Source: Octopus sinensis (lineage: Eukaryota). From it: DNA of 64,000 bases. Of this stretch, positions 1 to 13,900 are shown one piece after another; positions within the stretch are counted from its first letter, which is position 1; each line of letters begins with the position of its first letter. Made by a program: the position numbers and the translations under genes. The notes under the pieces are model-generated. The model ran no database searches and had not been told where the DNA came from. It was given only the letters and a program-made list of their open reading frames with translations. Location: positions 69,316,001 to 69,380,000 of the forward strand of contig NC_043006.1 in NCBI RefSeq assembly GCF_006345805.1, given 5' to 3'.

Positions 1-69
1 TACGAGAAAACAGACACACAGAAAACGCACAGACAAACTGCCGTTTATATAGAGAGAGATATAATATAT

Positions 70-195
70 ATATATTGTATAGAGGGTATTATTACACATA
101 AATGCCATACGCTAGGAGGGACTTTCAAAGTCATTACTACCAAAAATAAATGAATCGTACCGAATACAGCTCTCGAAGCAAGACATTTAGAAACA
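70..195. repeat. Dispersed relative of part of the 480-bp HHR repeat unit
   Basis: ttgtatagagggtattattacacataaatgcc...aaagtcattactaccaaaa...aagcaagacattta aligns by eye (roughly 75-80%) to 57811-57922 and the equivalent segment of each array unit. Confidence 0.8.
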
Positions 196-272
196 TAATT
201 TATATATATATATATATATATATATGGAAAAAAGTCAAGGTAGAAAAGGCTAAAATGATTTTATAAAAAACA

Positions 273-314
273 TTTCAGCACCGGTTTCAGTCATTGAGAC
301 TTCTTCAACTGCAA
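273..314 (-). ncRNA. Degenerate type I hammerhead ribozyme motif (probably inactive)
   Basis: Minus strand: CAG UUGAAGA AGUC-ucaau-GACU GAAA CCGG UG CUG. Stem I CAG/CUG, stem II 4 bp, palindromic stem III, but C3->U and G at position 17. Confidence 0.55.
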
Positions 315-684
315 CCATGGAAAACAATTAAATTTTGGAAAAATTAAATGAAAAGTTTTTAAAAAGAATATTTGCATGGTATTCAGATACAAGGGGCATT
401 TTCCTTGTTTCTGCCTGTCTCTGTCTCTATTGTTTAATCTTGTGGGTTCGATCGTTGTGAATTCTTGGCAGAGAAGAAGAAGAATACGGGAGTGCTATGT
501 TAGTAGTAGGATGTGAAATGGTCAAGTGCCCTGAAAGTGACTTGTTGTGGATGGTAGTAGTGAGCATTTTCTACCTTGACTTTTTTTCCCATATATATAT
601 CAACTCGTGTGCTCCTTTTCAACCTTATATATATGTATACACACGCACAAAGGGTGAAAGGAAATACAGGAGGATCAATTTATT

Positions 685-838
685 TTGATTTTATTCAACG
701 TATTCCCTTCTCAGATTCACACACTTATTGCAGCGGTCCTTCAGGTTTTCTAAGTCCAGTGCAAGAACTTGGAAAGTTGGGCCTCCAGTCAGGCGTTTTG
801 CGATACCCTTAAGGCCAGGAACTTTTCAACACCCTCAT
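685..838 (-). mobile_element. Mariner-derived non-autonomous fragment
   Basis: Minus strand begins gagggtgttgaaaagttcctgg (mariner-type TIR) and encodes DRCNKCVNLRREYVE*, like a mariner transposase C-terminus. Confidence 0.55.
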
Positions 839-876
839 GTACATACTAACATCTAGAAAGCATCAGTAAAAATACA

Positions 877-1040
877 TAGGTGCAGGAGTAGCTGTGTGGT
901 AAGAAGCTTACTTCCCAACCACATGGTTCGGGTTTCAGTCCCACTAAATGGCACCATGAGCAAATGTCTTCTACTATAGTTTCGGGCCAACCAAAGCCTT
1001 GTGAGTGGATTTGGTAGACGGAAACTGAAAGAAGCTTGTC

Positions 1041-1111
<71 letters not shown>

Positions 1112-1358
1112 AGTGTGTGCGTGTGCTTGTATGTATTTGTGTGGCTCTGTTTGTCCCCCCTCCCACCATCGCTTGGCAACCGATGTTGGTGTATTTACGT
1201 GCCCGTAACTTATCGGTTCGGCACAAGAGACCGTTCGAATAAGTACTAGGCTTACAAAGAATATGTTTTGGAGTCAATTTGTTCGAGTAAAGGCGGTGCT
1301 CCAGCTTGGCCACAGTCAAATGACTGAACCAAATGAAAGAATAAAAGAATAAAAGAAT
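877..1358 (+). mobile_element. SINE family A (tRNA-like head, internal microsatellite, (AAAGAAT)n tail)
   Basis: More than 12 related copies in the window; head ggtaagaagcttacttcccaaccacatggttcgggtttcagtcc. Confidence 0.85.
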
Positions 1359-1384
1359 GCATGGTTTTATTCGTCAGCTTCGAA

Positions 1385-1912
1385 TCTAGTTGTTCGAGAA
1401 TCGTTGGCTAAGAATTCGCGAAGCTTCCGAAGAACTAGGCATACCGTTTAATCATCGCCTTTTAAATTTACTTGTCTCTGCTATTAAACTTCGGCCATGC
1501 CGGAGCAACGCCTTGAAGGGCTTTGTCTTAATCGACTCTAGCAGTCACCTTTTTTTGTTAAAGTCTAGCACTTATTGTATCGGGGTCTTTTGCTGAACGT
1601 CTAGGTTAGTGGGACGTTAACAAACTAACTACCGTTGTCAAGCGGTAGTCACCTCCCCTCACATATGTGTGTGTGTATGTATGTATATGTATGTACGTAT
1701 ATATATGTGTGTGTGTGTGTGAGTGGGTATTATATGTATGTGTGTTGGTGTGTGTGTGTGTGTGTATGTGTATCGACGAATGGGAACGTGAAACTCTGAG
1801 TAACAGCTTTTGTGATGTCTTTGCAGCTTTATTAATAAAGCATATTACTCTACCTCCGGTATTCGAGTACTCTTTTTTCCCACCTTGTTTCACATTTATG
1901 TGCTTACTCCGG

Positions 1913-2005
<93 letters not shown>

Positions 2006-2700
2006 GGTTGACTCGAAGCTATAGTGGAAGACATTTGCTCATGGCATTGAATCCAAAATTATTTGGTAGGTTTGAAACTTTTTACCACACAGTCACACCT
2101 GCTTCTATCTAAAAATTTGTCACATAATTTGAAAAGAAAAACTGAAGCAGTATCATGTTCTCGCGAAAAAAGAAAGAAAAGCTTTTGACTATCGTCAACA
2201 TGAGTTCGGTCCAAGAAGCCGCGACATAAAAGAAAGAGAATCTTGTCTCTCATGTGTGAAAGAGATGATCGAGTTTTTAACTGAAAGAGCCTCGTACATC
2301 ATGAGTTAATTACACGTAGTCAGACGATCGACAAGGGAGTTTAATTGGATGTCTGAAAGCGTTCGAGAGAGGCTGTTCGAAAGATGTGCTTTGAGGCATG
2401 GCCAAAGAAAACCTGAATACTTCGCCGCGGCATTGCACTTGCTAAAACATCGTGCATTATCCGTAACGTTATGACAAAGCTACGATTCTTGTCTGCTCGC
2501 TAATCTGATATTCCGGATTTGCTAGCAGACAGGGTTTATTTTTCTTTAATTTCTAGACCTGAAACCCGCTCTGAGATATCAATAGAAAAACTCAAAATTC
2601 GCAACGAGAACTGCGCTGTACAGCTGCTAACGTGTCCCTGGGCACGTTTTAAAAAACCTTTGTGAGTGATGTAGCAACGGTGAAGAGAAATACAAACATA
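1385..2700 (+). pseudogene. Decayed mariner transposase interrupted by a SINE A copy
   Basis: ENRWLRIREASEELGI (HTH-like) at 1390-1450; QTIDKE...REAVRK...WPKK..IL and D(L)A..F.LKPALR remnants at 2320-2575; many stops and frameshifts. Confidence 0.5.
1470..2046 (-). mobile_element. Degraded SINE family A with expanded (GT)/(CTAT) microsatellite
   Basis: Reverse-complement matches to SINE A tail (cggccatgc) and head (ctttggttgactcgaagctatagt). Confidence 0.6.
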
Positions 2701-3277
2701 ATTCAACTTACACCGTTTCGAGCTACGACAATTCGACTTAACGTCTTTTTTTTTTCATTTTTTCCTAAAAAAAGTAATGGAAGAAATAAACCTCAAGTTC
2801 AGTGGATTTAGTCGACTTTACATCGGTTTCAGCTAACAAATTTAAAAGCGAATAAATTTGAAAAGAATACAACTAAAGACAAATACTTCAGTGGAAAATC
2901 AATTAAAATACATGTGAAAATATGTTCAAACCAATTATTAAAACCGATATAAGACAATAAATTTCTTTAAAATGTTTCTTCCTTGTTATGTCGCATGACT
3001 TGAAAAACTCGTCAACGTAGATTCCAGTGCGCCAGTATTTGGTTAGGCATAAATCTGGGTGAGTTAGAAGGAAATAAATAAATTTGTTTTTATGAAAGTG
3101 TAGTTTCCCCAGGCAGACTGCGTACGCATCAAATATCTTATATATTTACAAATCCTCAGATTTATCCAAAAGCTAAATAAAATTAAAATAAATTTTGAAA
3201 ACATTGTCATTTTGTTTATGACTGGGTTGTTTTCAGTAAAGATTTTCAATGGATTTCGAAGAAAAAAAAAAAATTCC

Positions 3278-3469
3278 TATACATACATACATACATACAT
3301 ACATACATACATACATACATAAATGACATCCATCCATCTATGCATACATACATACATACATGCATGCATATATACCTACATACACATAAACGCTGACAAG
3401 CACACGCACGTGCTCATATGTTCGTATAGATGCACATAAATATAATCATACACATTTAACAATATATAT

Positions 3470-3555
<86 letters not shown>

Positions 3556-4085
3556 TACATATATATATGTGTGTGTATGTGTGTGTATAGCCTAGCTAGC
3601 TAGCTAAATAAATAGACTGAAACATACGTACTTATATTTATACAAACATCTAAGTTTACATACACACAGACATTCATATGTATATAAATATACATACAGA
3701 GAGATGAATGGGTATATAAGTACATAAAGCATGCGTACGTAGTCTATACACAGATACAGACACACACACACACATATGATGTATGTATGTATGCTTATAT
3801 ATATATACATAAATATATACATATACATACACACATGTATACACACAGTTACAAACATTCCCACGGTTACATTCATACGCACATACAAATATACATACAT
3901 GCAAACACATACTGGCACGCATACATACATACATACATACATACATACATACATACATACATACATACATACATGCATACATACATACAAGCATACATAC
4001 TACATACATACATACATACATGCATGCATACATATATACATACATACATACAAGCAAGCATGCATACATATAGATACACAGATAC
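3278..4085. repeat. Compound (ACAT)n/(AT)n microsatellite block
   Basis: Direct inspection. Confidence 0.9.
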
Positions 4086-4289
4086 GAGAAGAACTATTAA
4101 AAATTCGTTAAACGTCTGTCTGACTTCTGTATTGGAATTATTATCCCCGAAGCATGAGAGACTATGTTGGCAAACAACAGGTTTATTGACCGTAACCAAA
4201 CAATTCTCCTACACCGCCGCCATCTTAATTTTAACAAATGTGAAAGCTTACAACTATGGAGACACATTCATTCTTGTACGCGTATAACT

Positions 4290-4463
4290 ATGTAGAAATG
4301 TAGGAATGTATGTATGTGATTTGAATATACATAAATACTCACATGTATACATATATACGGACATATATATGGGAGTGTTCACGTGTGTGTATGTGCGTAT
4401 ATGTATGGGTGTATATTTGTGTATATGTCTGTACGTATTTACGTTTGTTCAAATCACATTCAG

Positions 4464-4547
<84 letters not shown>

Positions 4548-4574
4548 ATATATGTCTGTCTATCTATATGTCCG

Positions 4575-4645
<71 letters not shown>

Positions 4646-4746
4646 GTCTGTCTATCTATTAAGCCTTGTGCCTATAGTAGAAAGGAGTCTTCTTCTTCTT
4701 TTCTTCTTTTTCTTCTTCTTCTTCTTCTTCTCTTCTTCTCTTTTTA

Positions 4747-4810
<64 letters not shown>

Positions 4811-4823
4811 GTTATTATTATTA
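4290..4823. repeat. Compound (GTAT)/(CTAT)/(CTT)/(ATT) microsatellite block
   Basis: Direct inspection. Confidence 0.9.
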
Positions 4824-5370
4824 GTGAGTGAGAGAACAGTGCATGCCATCAAAGTGACACTGGGGTACAAATATACGAAGCCCAGTATACCCATCATGAC
4901 TACCCATCTGATAAGGGTACACTAGGCACATGCATCACAACTATATGTGCGCGACATCGTGATATCATATCAAGATAAACAGCACATGACCTTGCAGCTG
5001 AGGCCCTGTTAGAATTTTCTTTAGGTCGAGTAACCCATCCCGCTCAAAAGGTCCCTGAATAAGGGTTGTTTAAGGATGTTGAACGAAACACCTATTTTTC
5101 CAGAGGTGAATTATTCAAACCCCAAAGAATTCCTCTCAACACATGGCTATGGTGCTCCCCCACTACTTCTGCTCGTGATCAGAGATGCACGTATGGCCAG
5201 CCACTAAGTGACATGCTCAACTGGTTAAGATCAAACAACTGACAAGCAAATCTGTGGTATTGAGCAGAATATTTGCTGTAGCCCATCTTTTATACGAAGA
5301 CAAAACAATGTATATGATAAAACTTCAGTTAAGATCAGAAGCTACGAGGGCCACTGCCTGGTACTGCATC
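4824..5370 (-). mobile_element. ~550-bp non-coding interspersed element with (TAA)n tail, copy 1
   Basis: About 90% similar by eye to 10997-11550 with the same ends; lies between (ATT)n and (ATC)n tracts; strand inferred from the TAA tail. Confidence 0.75.
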
Positions 5371-5390
5371 ACCATCATCATCATCATCAA

Positions 5391-5443
<53 letters not shown>

Positions 5444-5516
5444 CCGCCACCACAACCACCACCACCACCACCAACACCACCACCACCACCACCACCACCA
5501 CTACTACTACTACTAT

Positions 5517-5550
<34 letters not shown>

Positions 5551-5551
<1 letters not shown>

Positions 5552-5785
5552 AGCGGTGAGCTGGCAGAGTCGTCATCATACCGGGTAAAATGCTTAGTGG
5601 CACTTCTCTCGACGTTCTGAGTTCAAGTACCGGTGAAGTCGACTTTACCTTCCATCCTTTCCGGGGTCGATAAAATAAATACCTTTGCGACACTGGGCTC
5701 CATGTAATCCACTTATGCTCCACTACATTTCTACCCCCCCCCACCCACCAATTACTGACCTTCTGCCAAAATCTAAAGCAATTAT
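5551..5785 (+). mobile_element. SINE family B (head aaggcggYgagctggcagaa)
   Basis: Multiple related copies; gttctgagttcaa B-box-like motif. Confidence 0.75.
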
Positions 5786-5935
5786 TATTTTTGCTTTCGA
5801 TAAAGTGGTGAGCTGACATAATTCTTAGGACACCGGACAAAATTCTCAGAGCCATTTCTTCTGGCCATTTCTTCTGCACAGATACGTACATACACACATA
5901 CATGCATACAAACATCCATTCATCCATCCATACAT

Positions 5936-6148
5936 ACATTTCTTTATTACCCACAGGGGGTTAAACATATAGGGGACAAACGAGATTGAGTCAATTACAT
6001 CGACACCGGTGATTAACTGGTACTTATTTAATCGACCCCGAAAGGATGAAAGGCAAAGTCGACTTCGGCGGAATTTGAACTCAGAACGTAACGGCAGACG
6101 AAATACCGCTAGGCATTTCGCCCGGCGTGCTAACGTTTCTGCCAGCTC
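5936..6148 (-). mobile_element. SINE family B
   Basis: Reverse complement of the family B body. Confidence 0.8.
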
Positions 6149-6995
6149 TTACATACACACATCCATCCATCCATACACACATACATACATACATATATAC
6201 ACACATGCATACATACATACATACATACATACATACATACATACATACATACACATAGATATACATCCATACACACATACAACATAATGCATACATACAT
6301 ATACATACATACATACATACATACATACATACATACATGCATACATACATACACACAGACATACATGCCTCAATATGCACACACACGCATATATTTGGAA
6401 AAAAGGTGTTCCTTTCAACATTTAATTTCTTTTTGGTTGAAATCGACATCGCTTTGTGTCACGTGGTCTTTGTCTAACAGGAAATCAGATTAATATTTTT
6501 ACAGTTTTTGTCACGTAGACCCACTTTACAAAGCACACGAATAAAAAGAAAAAAATTAAAAAAGCTTTATTTCAATTTTATTCAAACATTTTTATCCGTT
6601 AAAAAAAAAAAAATTTTTTTTAAAGTTTTGTTCAATTGTATTCGTAATGGCGTCGAGTCTGCAAAGCAACGACTATTAAAGCCTCTCCACACAGAAAAAA
6701 TAAAAAGGAAAAAAGAAAATATAAAAAAGAACAAAACATATATTTCTGCGAATGCGAAACAAAACATTGACAGCTTGCTTTGCAATGGTGCATGCATGTT
6801 TCTGTAAAAGGAAGACGCTTTCAGAAAAATATAGTTTATACAAATGGTTCTCAGTTGGGATCTATATAAGATTTTGTGGGGCCTACATGAGCAAAATAGT
6901 AAATTAAGGGTCCATGAAAAATTTCTTCTGCTGATGAAAGAAGGAAGACATTGTGCTTTCAGAAAATTGTAGTTTATAGAAGAGGTTCTCAGTTG

Positions 6996-9425
6996 GGGTG
7001 GCGGCTTTTGTATTCTTTTTATGCAAGGCTCTCACATCCACTTACCAAGTGGGTCACATTTTCCACACTCTTTCAACAGAGTCTGTATTTCTGGGTGTTA
7101 GAAGTTTTATAGATATTATACTTCACTGACTTGGTAGTGAGAGCCTTGTCTTGTGCAGCAATGATCAGGCTTTCGGTGATACGCTTCAAATCCCCTCACT
7201 CAAGTCATGCCCACGATGCTGATTATCCATAATGTTCTGTGTATTCCTTTCAAACTGTCCATGCATTCTCATTTCAAGAAGGCTTTCTTTTCTCTTCTCC
7301 TCAGCTCTTTGGTTAAATTCTTCCTTTCCCATCATTTCATCTGCATTTGCACCCGTATCTTTCGCAGCATATCTTCATCACTATTTATCAATACTCGGCA
7401 AGCGTTTTCCTTTCTCTCCTTATACAATGGTCTATACTAATTAGTCCTCTGCCACCATTCTTTCTTTTCATATACAGCCTGTTTACGTTTGCTTTAGGGT
7501 GTGGAGCCCCATGCAGCATCATCAACTTTCTCATCCTTCTATCCAGTGTTGATATTTCCTCCTTAGTCCACTTGAGGATGGACACACTATATCTAACCAC
7601 TGCAACTGCCCAGATATTCATTGCGGTAATCAAGTTTTTTGGCATCAGGTTGGATTTCAATACCATCTTCACCCTTTTTTGATACGCCTCGCTTGACTTT
7701 CATTTCTCTGTGTTGAATGTCATCCTGCTCCAAAATCCTTAAATATCTATACCCACTACTGTCGGGTTCACCCAAGGTCTTTCCTGATGGTAACCGCAAT
7801 TCTCTGCAGGCTGCTTCCTTCCCTCTTTTCATATTAAGTACTGAGCATTTGGTGATCCCAAATTCCATACCGATGTCCCTACCACACTTCTGGACTGTTT
7901 TGGTTACGGAATCTATCTGTTCTTTAGATTTCCCTAACAATTTCAGGTCATCCATAAACAGAAGCTGGTTCATTGATGGGCCTTTCTTTCCACATGGGTA
8001 ACCCATCTTAACTTTCCTAAGTGTCATTGTTATGGGTATTAGTGAAATTACAATATGTAAAGGAGAAAACGAGTCACCTTGGAAGATTCCCCTTTTGATA
8101 TGCATAAAAAAAATTGTGATGTTGTCAGCAACACCAAACACTTGCAGGCCTTCAACGATCCAAGAATGAGGCATCATATCATATGCCTTCTTAAAGTCAA
8201 ACCAAGCCATAGATATGTTTGTATGATGTTTTTAACAATGCCTCAAAACGGTTTTATCGATGTCCAAGTGGTCCTTAGTACCCTGAGAATTCTTCCTACA
8301 TCCATTTTGTTCCCTTGGTAGTTTTCTTCCTGTGGTAGGAAAGTGTGTCTTTGCCGCACATATTCCAATGAGTATCTTCCAGATTATGTTTAGGCATGCT
8401 ATGGGACGGTAGTTTCCCCACAATATTTCCACAATATTCTTCTGTTTCATTACAAGTGTTGCCTGCCCAGTAACCATCCACGCGGGGACTGTACCTTTCT
8501 GGACACACTCATTCAATTGGGCCACTAGACTTTTATGCACCGCATGGCATTCTTCAGCCAGAAGCCATGAATCTCATCTGCTCCGGAGTCTTTCCAGTTT
8601 GGCACTTTACCCACTTGTTCTTTCACATCACCCATGTTTATGACAATATTCTTTTGTTTCTTTCCTCCTTGTAATTCTGTCTTGATAGTTCCTATCCACA
8701 TTGCATCCCATTTATGCACCACATTGTTTCCCCTTAATCCGCTTCAGAACTCCTTGGCTTGAGTTGCATCAGGAGCAACATTTTCCTCATTGTCTCCTAA
8801 CGTTCGGAAGAATTACTTCGGGTTATTTTTGAACAATCTGTTCTCGAATCTTCTGATCTTCTGGTTTTTTGCCATGATCCTGTTTTAACTGCTCTATTAC
8901 TACATCAAACCCGTTCTTCTGTATTTCATATTTCTTCTCTAATTTTTTATCGGTCGGTCTTTTTCCCATTTTTCCAGTTTCCTCTTAACCATTGCTCAAT
9001 TTTTCCTAGATCTTGCCTTGCCCGCATTATGTCCCTTTCAATGCGTCGTGTCCACCATGGTTCTTTTGCTCCACCAATTTTTGTTCTCTTAAGTTGTAAT
9101 TTCTCCTCAACGAGTAGCGCAATAGCCCGGAGGAGATTCCTTGTTTGTGCTATGTCCTCCATCTGGATGTATGGTATAACAGTAATTATCTTTTGTGTTA
9201 CTTTTTTAAATCACACTCCAATCTACCCTTCTCATATTCACGGGGATTTTTCTTCTGGAGCATTCAAGTCGGTGAGTCGTTTGTGAATTTCAAGCAATTC
9301 ATTATCTAGTTGGTTCATTTCCCCTGCGTGTCCACCCACCACAGTATCAGGGTTCATTGTATAACGTTCCTGTTCCTAATCCTTAACAGTTCCATCACCA
9401 TTTCCCTGTTCCTCCTGTCTACTCT
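6996..9425 (-). mobile_element. R4/Dong-clade non-LTR retrotransposon, decayed RT region
   Basis: WFDFKKAYD, RGIFQGDSFSP, LLFMDDLKL, NYRPIACLN, HPKANVNRLY..RKNGGRG motifs across frameshifted ORFs; truncated at both ends. Confidence 0.9.
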
Positions 9426-9430
9426 TCTCC

Positions 9431-9506
<76 letters not shown>

Positions 9507-9507
9507 G

Positions 9508-9558
<51 letters not shown>

Positions 9559-9617
9559 TATTATTACTATTATTACTATTATTATTATTATTATTATCAT
9601 TATTATTATTATTATTA

Positions 9618-9712
9618 CTTTTTTTTTCCTCCTTCAGATTTGCTTCCATTTCTTGCCGAGCGTCTTCCCGACTCCCAGGGCAAAGAAACTCATAGTACAA
9701 AAAACAAATGTT
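9618..9712 (-). mobile_element. Short 3' end of a Dong-like element with A-run/(TAA)n tail
   Basis: Minus strand ...ggagtcgggaagacgctcggcaagaaatggaagcaaatctgaaggagg-A-run-(TAA)n; assigned from tail and context. Confidence 0.45.
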
Positions 9713-9726
9713 ATTATTATTATTAT

Positions 9727-10972
9727 TCAGTAGTTTTATTTTTATAGCGTGCTTTCACTTCACTACCGAGCGCAGCTCTGTGTGCCTTGGGTATGTGCTG
9801 TGATTTGTTGTGATGCTCTGATGGTTATTGTATGGAAAGTGTTCTGCGTAGGATGTGTGCAGTGCCTAGTAGTGCAATTTTCTGTATGTTATATGTGTTT
9901 GTAAGTCCTGGTGTTTTTGTTATGTATTTATCTGAATATTTTTTATCATGCCTAATGCACCTACTATGATAGGAATTGTTTCTGTTTTCAGGTTCCACAT
10001 TCTAGTTACCTCTATTTCCAGGTCTTTGTATTTTGAGAGTTCTCCATTTCTTTTAGAGACACGTTGTCATCTGCCGGTATTGATACATCAATTAGAAAGC
10101 ATTTTTTTCTTCATGATCTCTGACAACTATATCTGGTCTGTTGGCCTTAATTTCTCTGTCTGTGTGTATCGGCATATCCCAGAGTATGGTTGCTTTCTCA
10201 TTTTCTGTGACCTTTTCTGGTGTGTGCCTATACCATCTTTTTCTGTTGTTATTCCATAATGTTGGCATAGCTTCCAATGTATGTAGGTTCCAACTCTGTC
10301 ATGTCTGTGAATATATTCCTTCTTAGCCAGGACTGGGCAGCTAGAGATAATATGATTTATTGTTTCTTGTCCATCTCCACATATTCTGCAGTTACTTGTA
10401 TTATTTCTTTTCATTACATGTTTTTGGTAATTTCTGGTGGGGAGGCTTTGGTCTTGTGCTGCAATTAAAAATCCCTCTGTTTCTGCTTTGAGTCCTGAGC
10501 TTCTCAACCATTGCTGGGATTTTTCTTTGTCTATCTCTTTTGCGTTTAGTTTAGTGCAGTATTTACCATGAAGGGGCTTTTCTTGCCATCGTTTTATCAT
10601 GGTTCGTTGCTGTTCTATTTTTAGTTTGGATTTCATTTGTTTTATAGCTTTTGTTGTTTCTTCATCATCTTCTTCTTCTTCATGTTTATTAGGTGGTATG
10701 ATTTCTTGTTTGTATTTGTCAGCTTCCTTAAATACTGAGAACAGTTTTTTGTTTTGCTCGTGTTTTGCTGCTATCTGGATCAGTTTTCCTTCCTTCTGAA
10801 GTAGATATTTTTGCAGTCCTATGGTGGTTATTTTATAGTAGTTTTCCAGCTGTATAAGGCCTCTACCACCTTCTATACGTTGTATATATAGTCTTTCTAT
10901 GTCAGATTTTGGGTGATGCATCCTAGATCCTGTCAGTTTTTTTCTTGTTTTCCTATCTATTTTGGACAGTTT
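9727..10972 (-). mobile_element. R4/Dong-clade element, 3' part (RT thumb, CCHC finger, RLE endonuclease)
   Basis: ORF 10127-10921: HPKSDIERLY, CRICGDGQETINHIISSC, RHDRV; then ILWDMPIHTDREIKANRPDIV; ends in (TAA)n and is flanked by (ATT)n on both sides. Confidence 0.92.
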
Positions 10973-10996
10973 ATTATTATTATTATTATTATTATT

Positions 10997-11550
10997 GTGT
11001 GAGAGAGCAGTTCATGCCATCAAAGTGACACTGGGGTAAAATATACGAAGCCCAATATACCCATCATGACTACCCGTCTGATAAAGGTACACCAGGCACA
11101 TGCATCACAACCATATGTGCGCGACATGGTGATCTCATATCAAGATAAACAGCACATGACCTTGCAGGGGGGCCCAGTTAGAATTTTCTTCAGGTTGAGT
11201 AGCCCATCCTGCTCAAAAGGTCCCTGAATAAGGGTTGCTTTAGGATGTTGAACGAAACACCTATGTTTCAGAGGTGAATTATTCAAACCCCAAAGAATCC
11301 CTCTCAACACATGGCCATGATGCTCCCCCACTACTTCTGCTCGTGATCAGAGATGCACATATCGTCAGCCACTAAGGGACATGCTCAACTGGTTAAGGCC
11401 AAACAACTGACAAGCAAATCTGTGGTATTGAGCAGAATATTTGCTGTAGCCCATCTTTTATACCAAGACAAAACAATGTACATGATAACACTTCCAATCA
11501 GTTAAGATCAGAAGCCATGAGAGCCACTGCCTGGTACTGCATCAGGGCAT
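10997..11550 (-). mobile_element. ~550-bp non-coding interspersed element with (TAA)n tail, copy 2
   Basis: Near-identical to 4824-5370; flanked by (ATT)n. Confidence 0.75.
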
Positions 11551-11556
11551 TTATTA

Positions 11557-11612
<56 letters not shown>

Positions 11613-11614
<2 letters not shown>

Positions 11615-12352
11615 AAAACTCACAGTTTATTTTGCTGGGTATGATGGGAAGTGTTAGCTGTCCACAGCCAGCAGACTAAGGTGACATTTGTTTACTGGTC
11701 ACGCTTCAAGAATCTTGCGAAGAAATTCTTACAATTCCAAGCAGGTATTTGTAGGGGTTCTACCTTCACACTTGCACCGATCTTTTTCAGCCATGCTGGT
11801 TCTTGAGTGCTGACACTTCCAAGTGCACCAGTTACTATTGGTATCATGTATTCTCTCTTCATTGACCACAACCTTCGTATTCCCCATTTTAAATCGTCAT
11901 TTATTTATTATTATTCTTTCACATTGATCCTGTTGTCACTGGATCATGCTATATCGATAATCATACATGTTCTTTCTTTTTTTATTCACCACAACAATAT
12001 CCAGTTTTCCTCTGTCTGGTCAGGTGATCGCACTGGAACATTACATCCCACAGCGTCTCTGCTCTTTGTAGGCCTTGATTTCCACAGAGCTCCCTATGGA
12101 GCATTCTTGCCACGTTGTCATGGAGTCGTTTATATTCGCATTGTGCAAATTTCGGGCGTTCGCTAACGATGTGCCATACGTTTCACTCCTCTCGCCACAC
12201 ATTCTGCAACAACACTATCGGTAGTGTTGTCAATTCTGCACTTCATATAGTTAGTCCTTAAAGCTTGTTCTTGAGCTGCGCATATGAGTGCTTCCGTCTC
12301 TAAGTTCACTCCTCCTCATCCATAGCCTCCGGTCCTTTGCATCTGTCTTGGC

Positions 12353-12353
<1 letters not shown>
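11613..12353 (-). mobile_element. R4/Dong-clade 3' fragment (decayed RLE)
   Basis: CRMCGERSET, CMIIDIA, IPIVTGALG remnants; flanked by (ATT)n on both sides. Confidence 0.8.
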
Positions 12354-12409
<56 letters not shown>

Positions 12410-13081
12410 ACATAGATGTTCTAAAAGTAGGATGGTGATAATGCTGGTGATGATAGCGATGCAGGGCAGAGATGATAATGATAATGTTGAACACGAAATG
12501 ATGTTAATAGTGATGATGGCGATGGTGTTGGTGGGGGAGATGGTTATATGGAATTGGTAGTGGTGGTGGTAGTGATAAAAATGACGGGGTGAATTAAATC
12601 CACCACTTAAGTTCTCCCCCACCCCACAAAATATCCCACATTTCACTGTCACTATTACTACATGTCACTCAATTCAAATTTTAAATCCCCAAAAACGCAC
12701 TTCAGGGTATGTGTGCGTGTTTTTATATATATTTGCGTGTATGTGTGTGTTTTTGTACATGTGTGTTTTTATGTATGTGTGTGCGTTTTTATATGTGTGT
12801 GTATATAGAAAGGTAGGTATTTGTGTTTACGTATATATATATATAAGTATTCATTTGTCTGTATGTGTCTGTACAGATATATGTATGTATGCATGTATAC
12901 ATGTGTGTTTGTATGTATGTATGCATGTATGTATGTATTTGTGGGTATATGTGAGTGTATGTATGAGTGACTGTATACATATATATGTGTGTGTTCGTGT
13001 CTGTGTGTTAGTGTATGTATATAAATATGTATGTATATATGCATTTGTACGTATGTAAGTATTTATAGAGGTATATGAACG

Positions 13082-13117
<36 letters not shown>

Positions 13118-13503
13118 TGTGTCTGTGTCAATGTGCGTGTGTACACATGCTTGAATATATATATATATATATATGTATGTTATCTTTTATACAAATTCGA
13201 ATATCTCCCAGCAGGAAGGCTTTAGTTTTTAACAAAGAAACGAAGCACCACCCTACAATTGAGAATACTGAAAACAGTGAAGAGTTATAGCCTGAATTTT
13301 CTTAAAGTCTTGCATATGCGTATTGTTTCGCTTACAAATTGTATTTGTAAAGTGCGCGTTAGTTCGTTACTTTCTTAACCGACAATCTTTTCACTGCCGA
13401 ATTCTCGCTTCCGCTCTTTCTCTCTCTATTTACATATACACATAGAACCATACATGCATATTTACACACACTCACACACACATATACATATATCACGCAC
13501 GTA

Positions 13504-13599
<96 letters not shown>

Positions 13600-13739
13600 C
13601 ATATGTATATATATATATGTGTATATATGTATATATGTATGTATATGTATATATATGCATATATATACATATATATATGTGTGTGTATGTGTGTGTAAAT
13701 ATACATACATGTGTGCGCGTGTGTATCTATCTATCTATC

Positions 13740-13770
<31 letters not shown>

Positions 13771-13900
13771 TCGTATACATATTACGACCTGTAATCCTTC
13801 CAGTTCCTGTTTCAAAAGCAATTACTTATTGTAAGATTTTATAGAAACATGCGGTCACCATTAACTTGCGATAAATGTACGGCTTCATCGACTATCTCTA

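Noticed and set aside
4895-4925. CTGATAA hairpin in the 550-bp element as an HHR core
   Set aside because: One mismatch to CUGANGA and no downstream GAAA or stem III
6923-6984. HHR-like string TTCTTCTG CTGATGA...GAAA...TA TAGAAGAG
   Set aside because: Good stem I, but stem II is out of register with the core and stem III barely pairs; it lies in a short 134-bp-period repeat resembling a DNA-transposon end. Worth rechecking only in a family alignment
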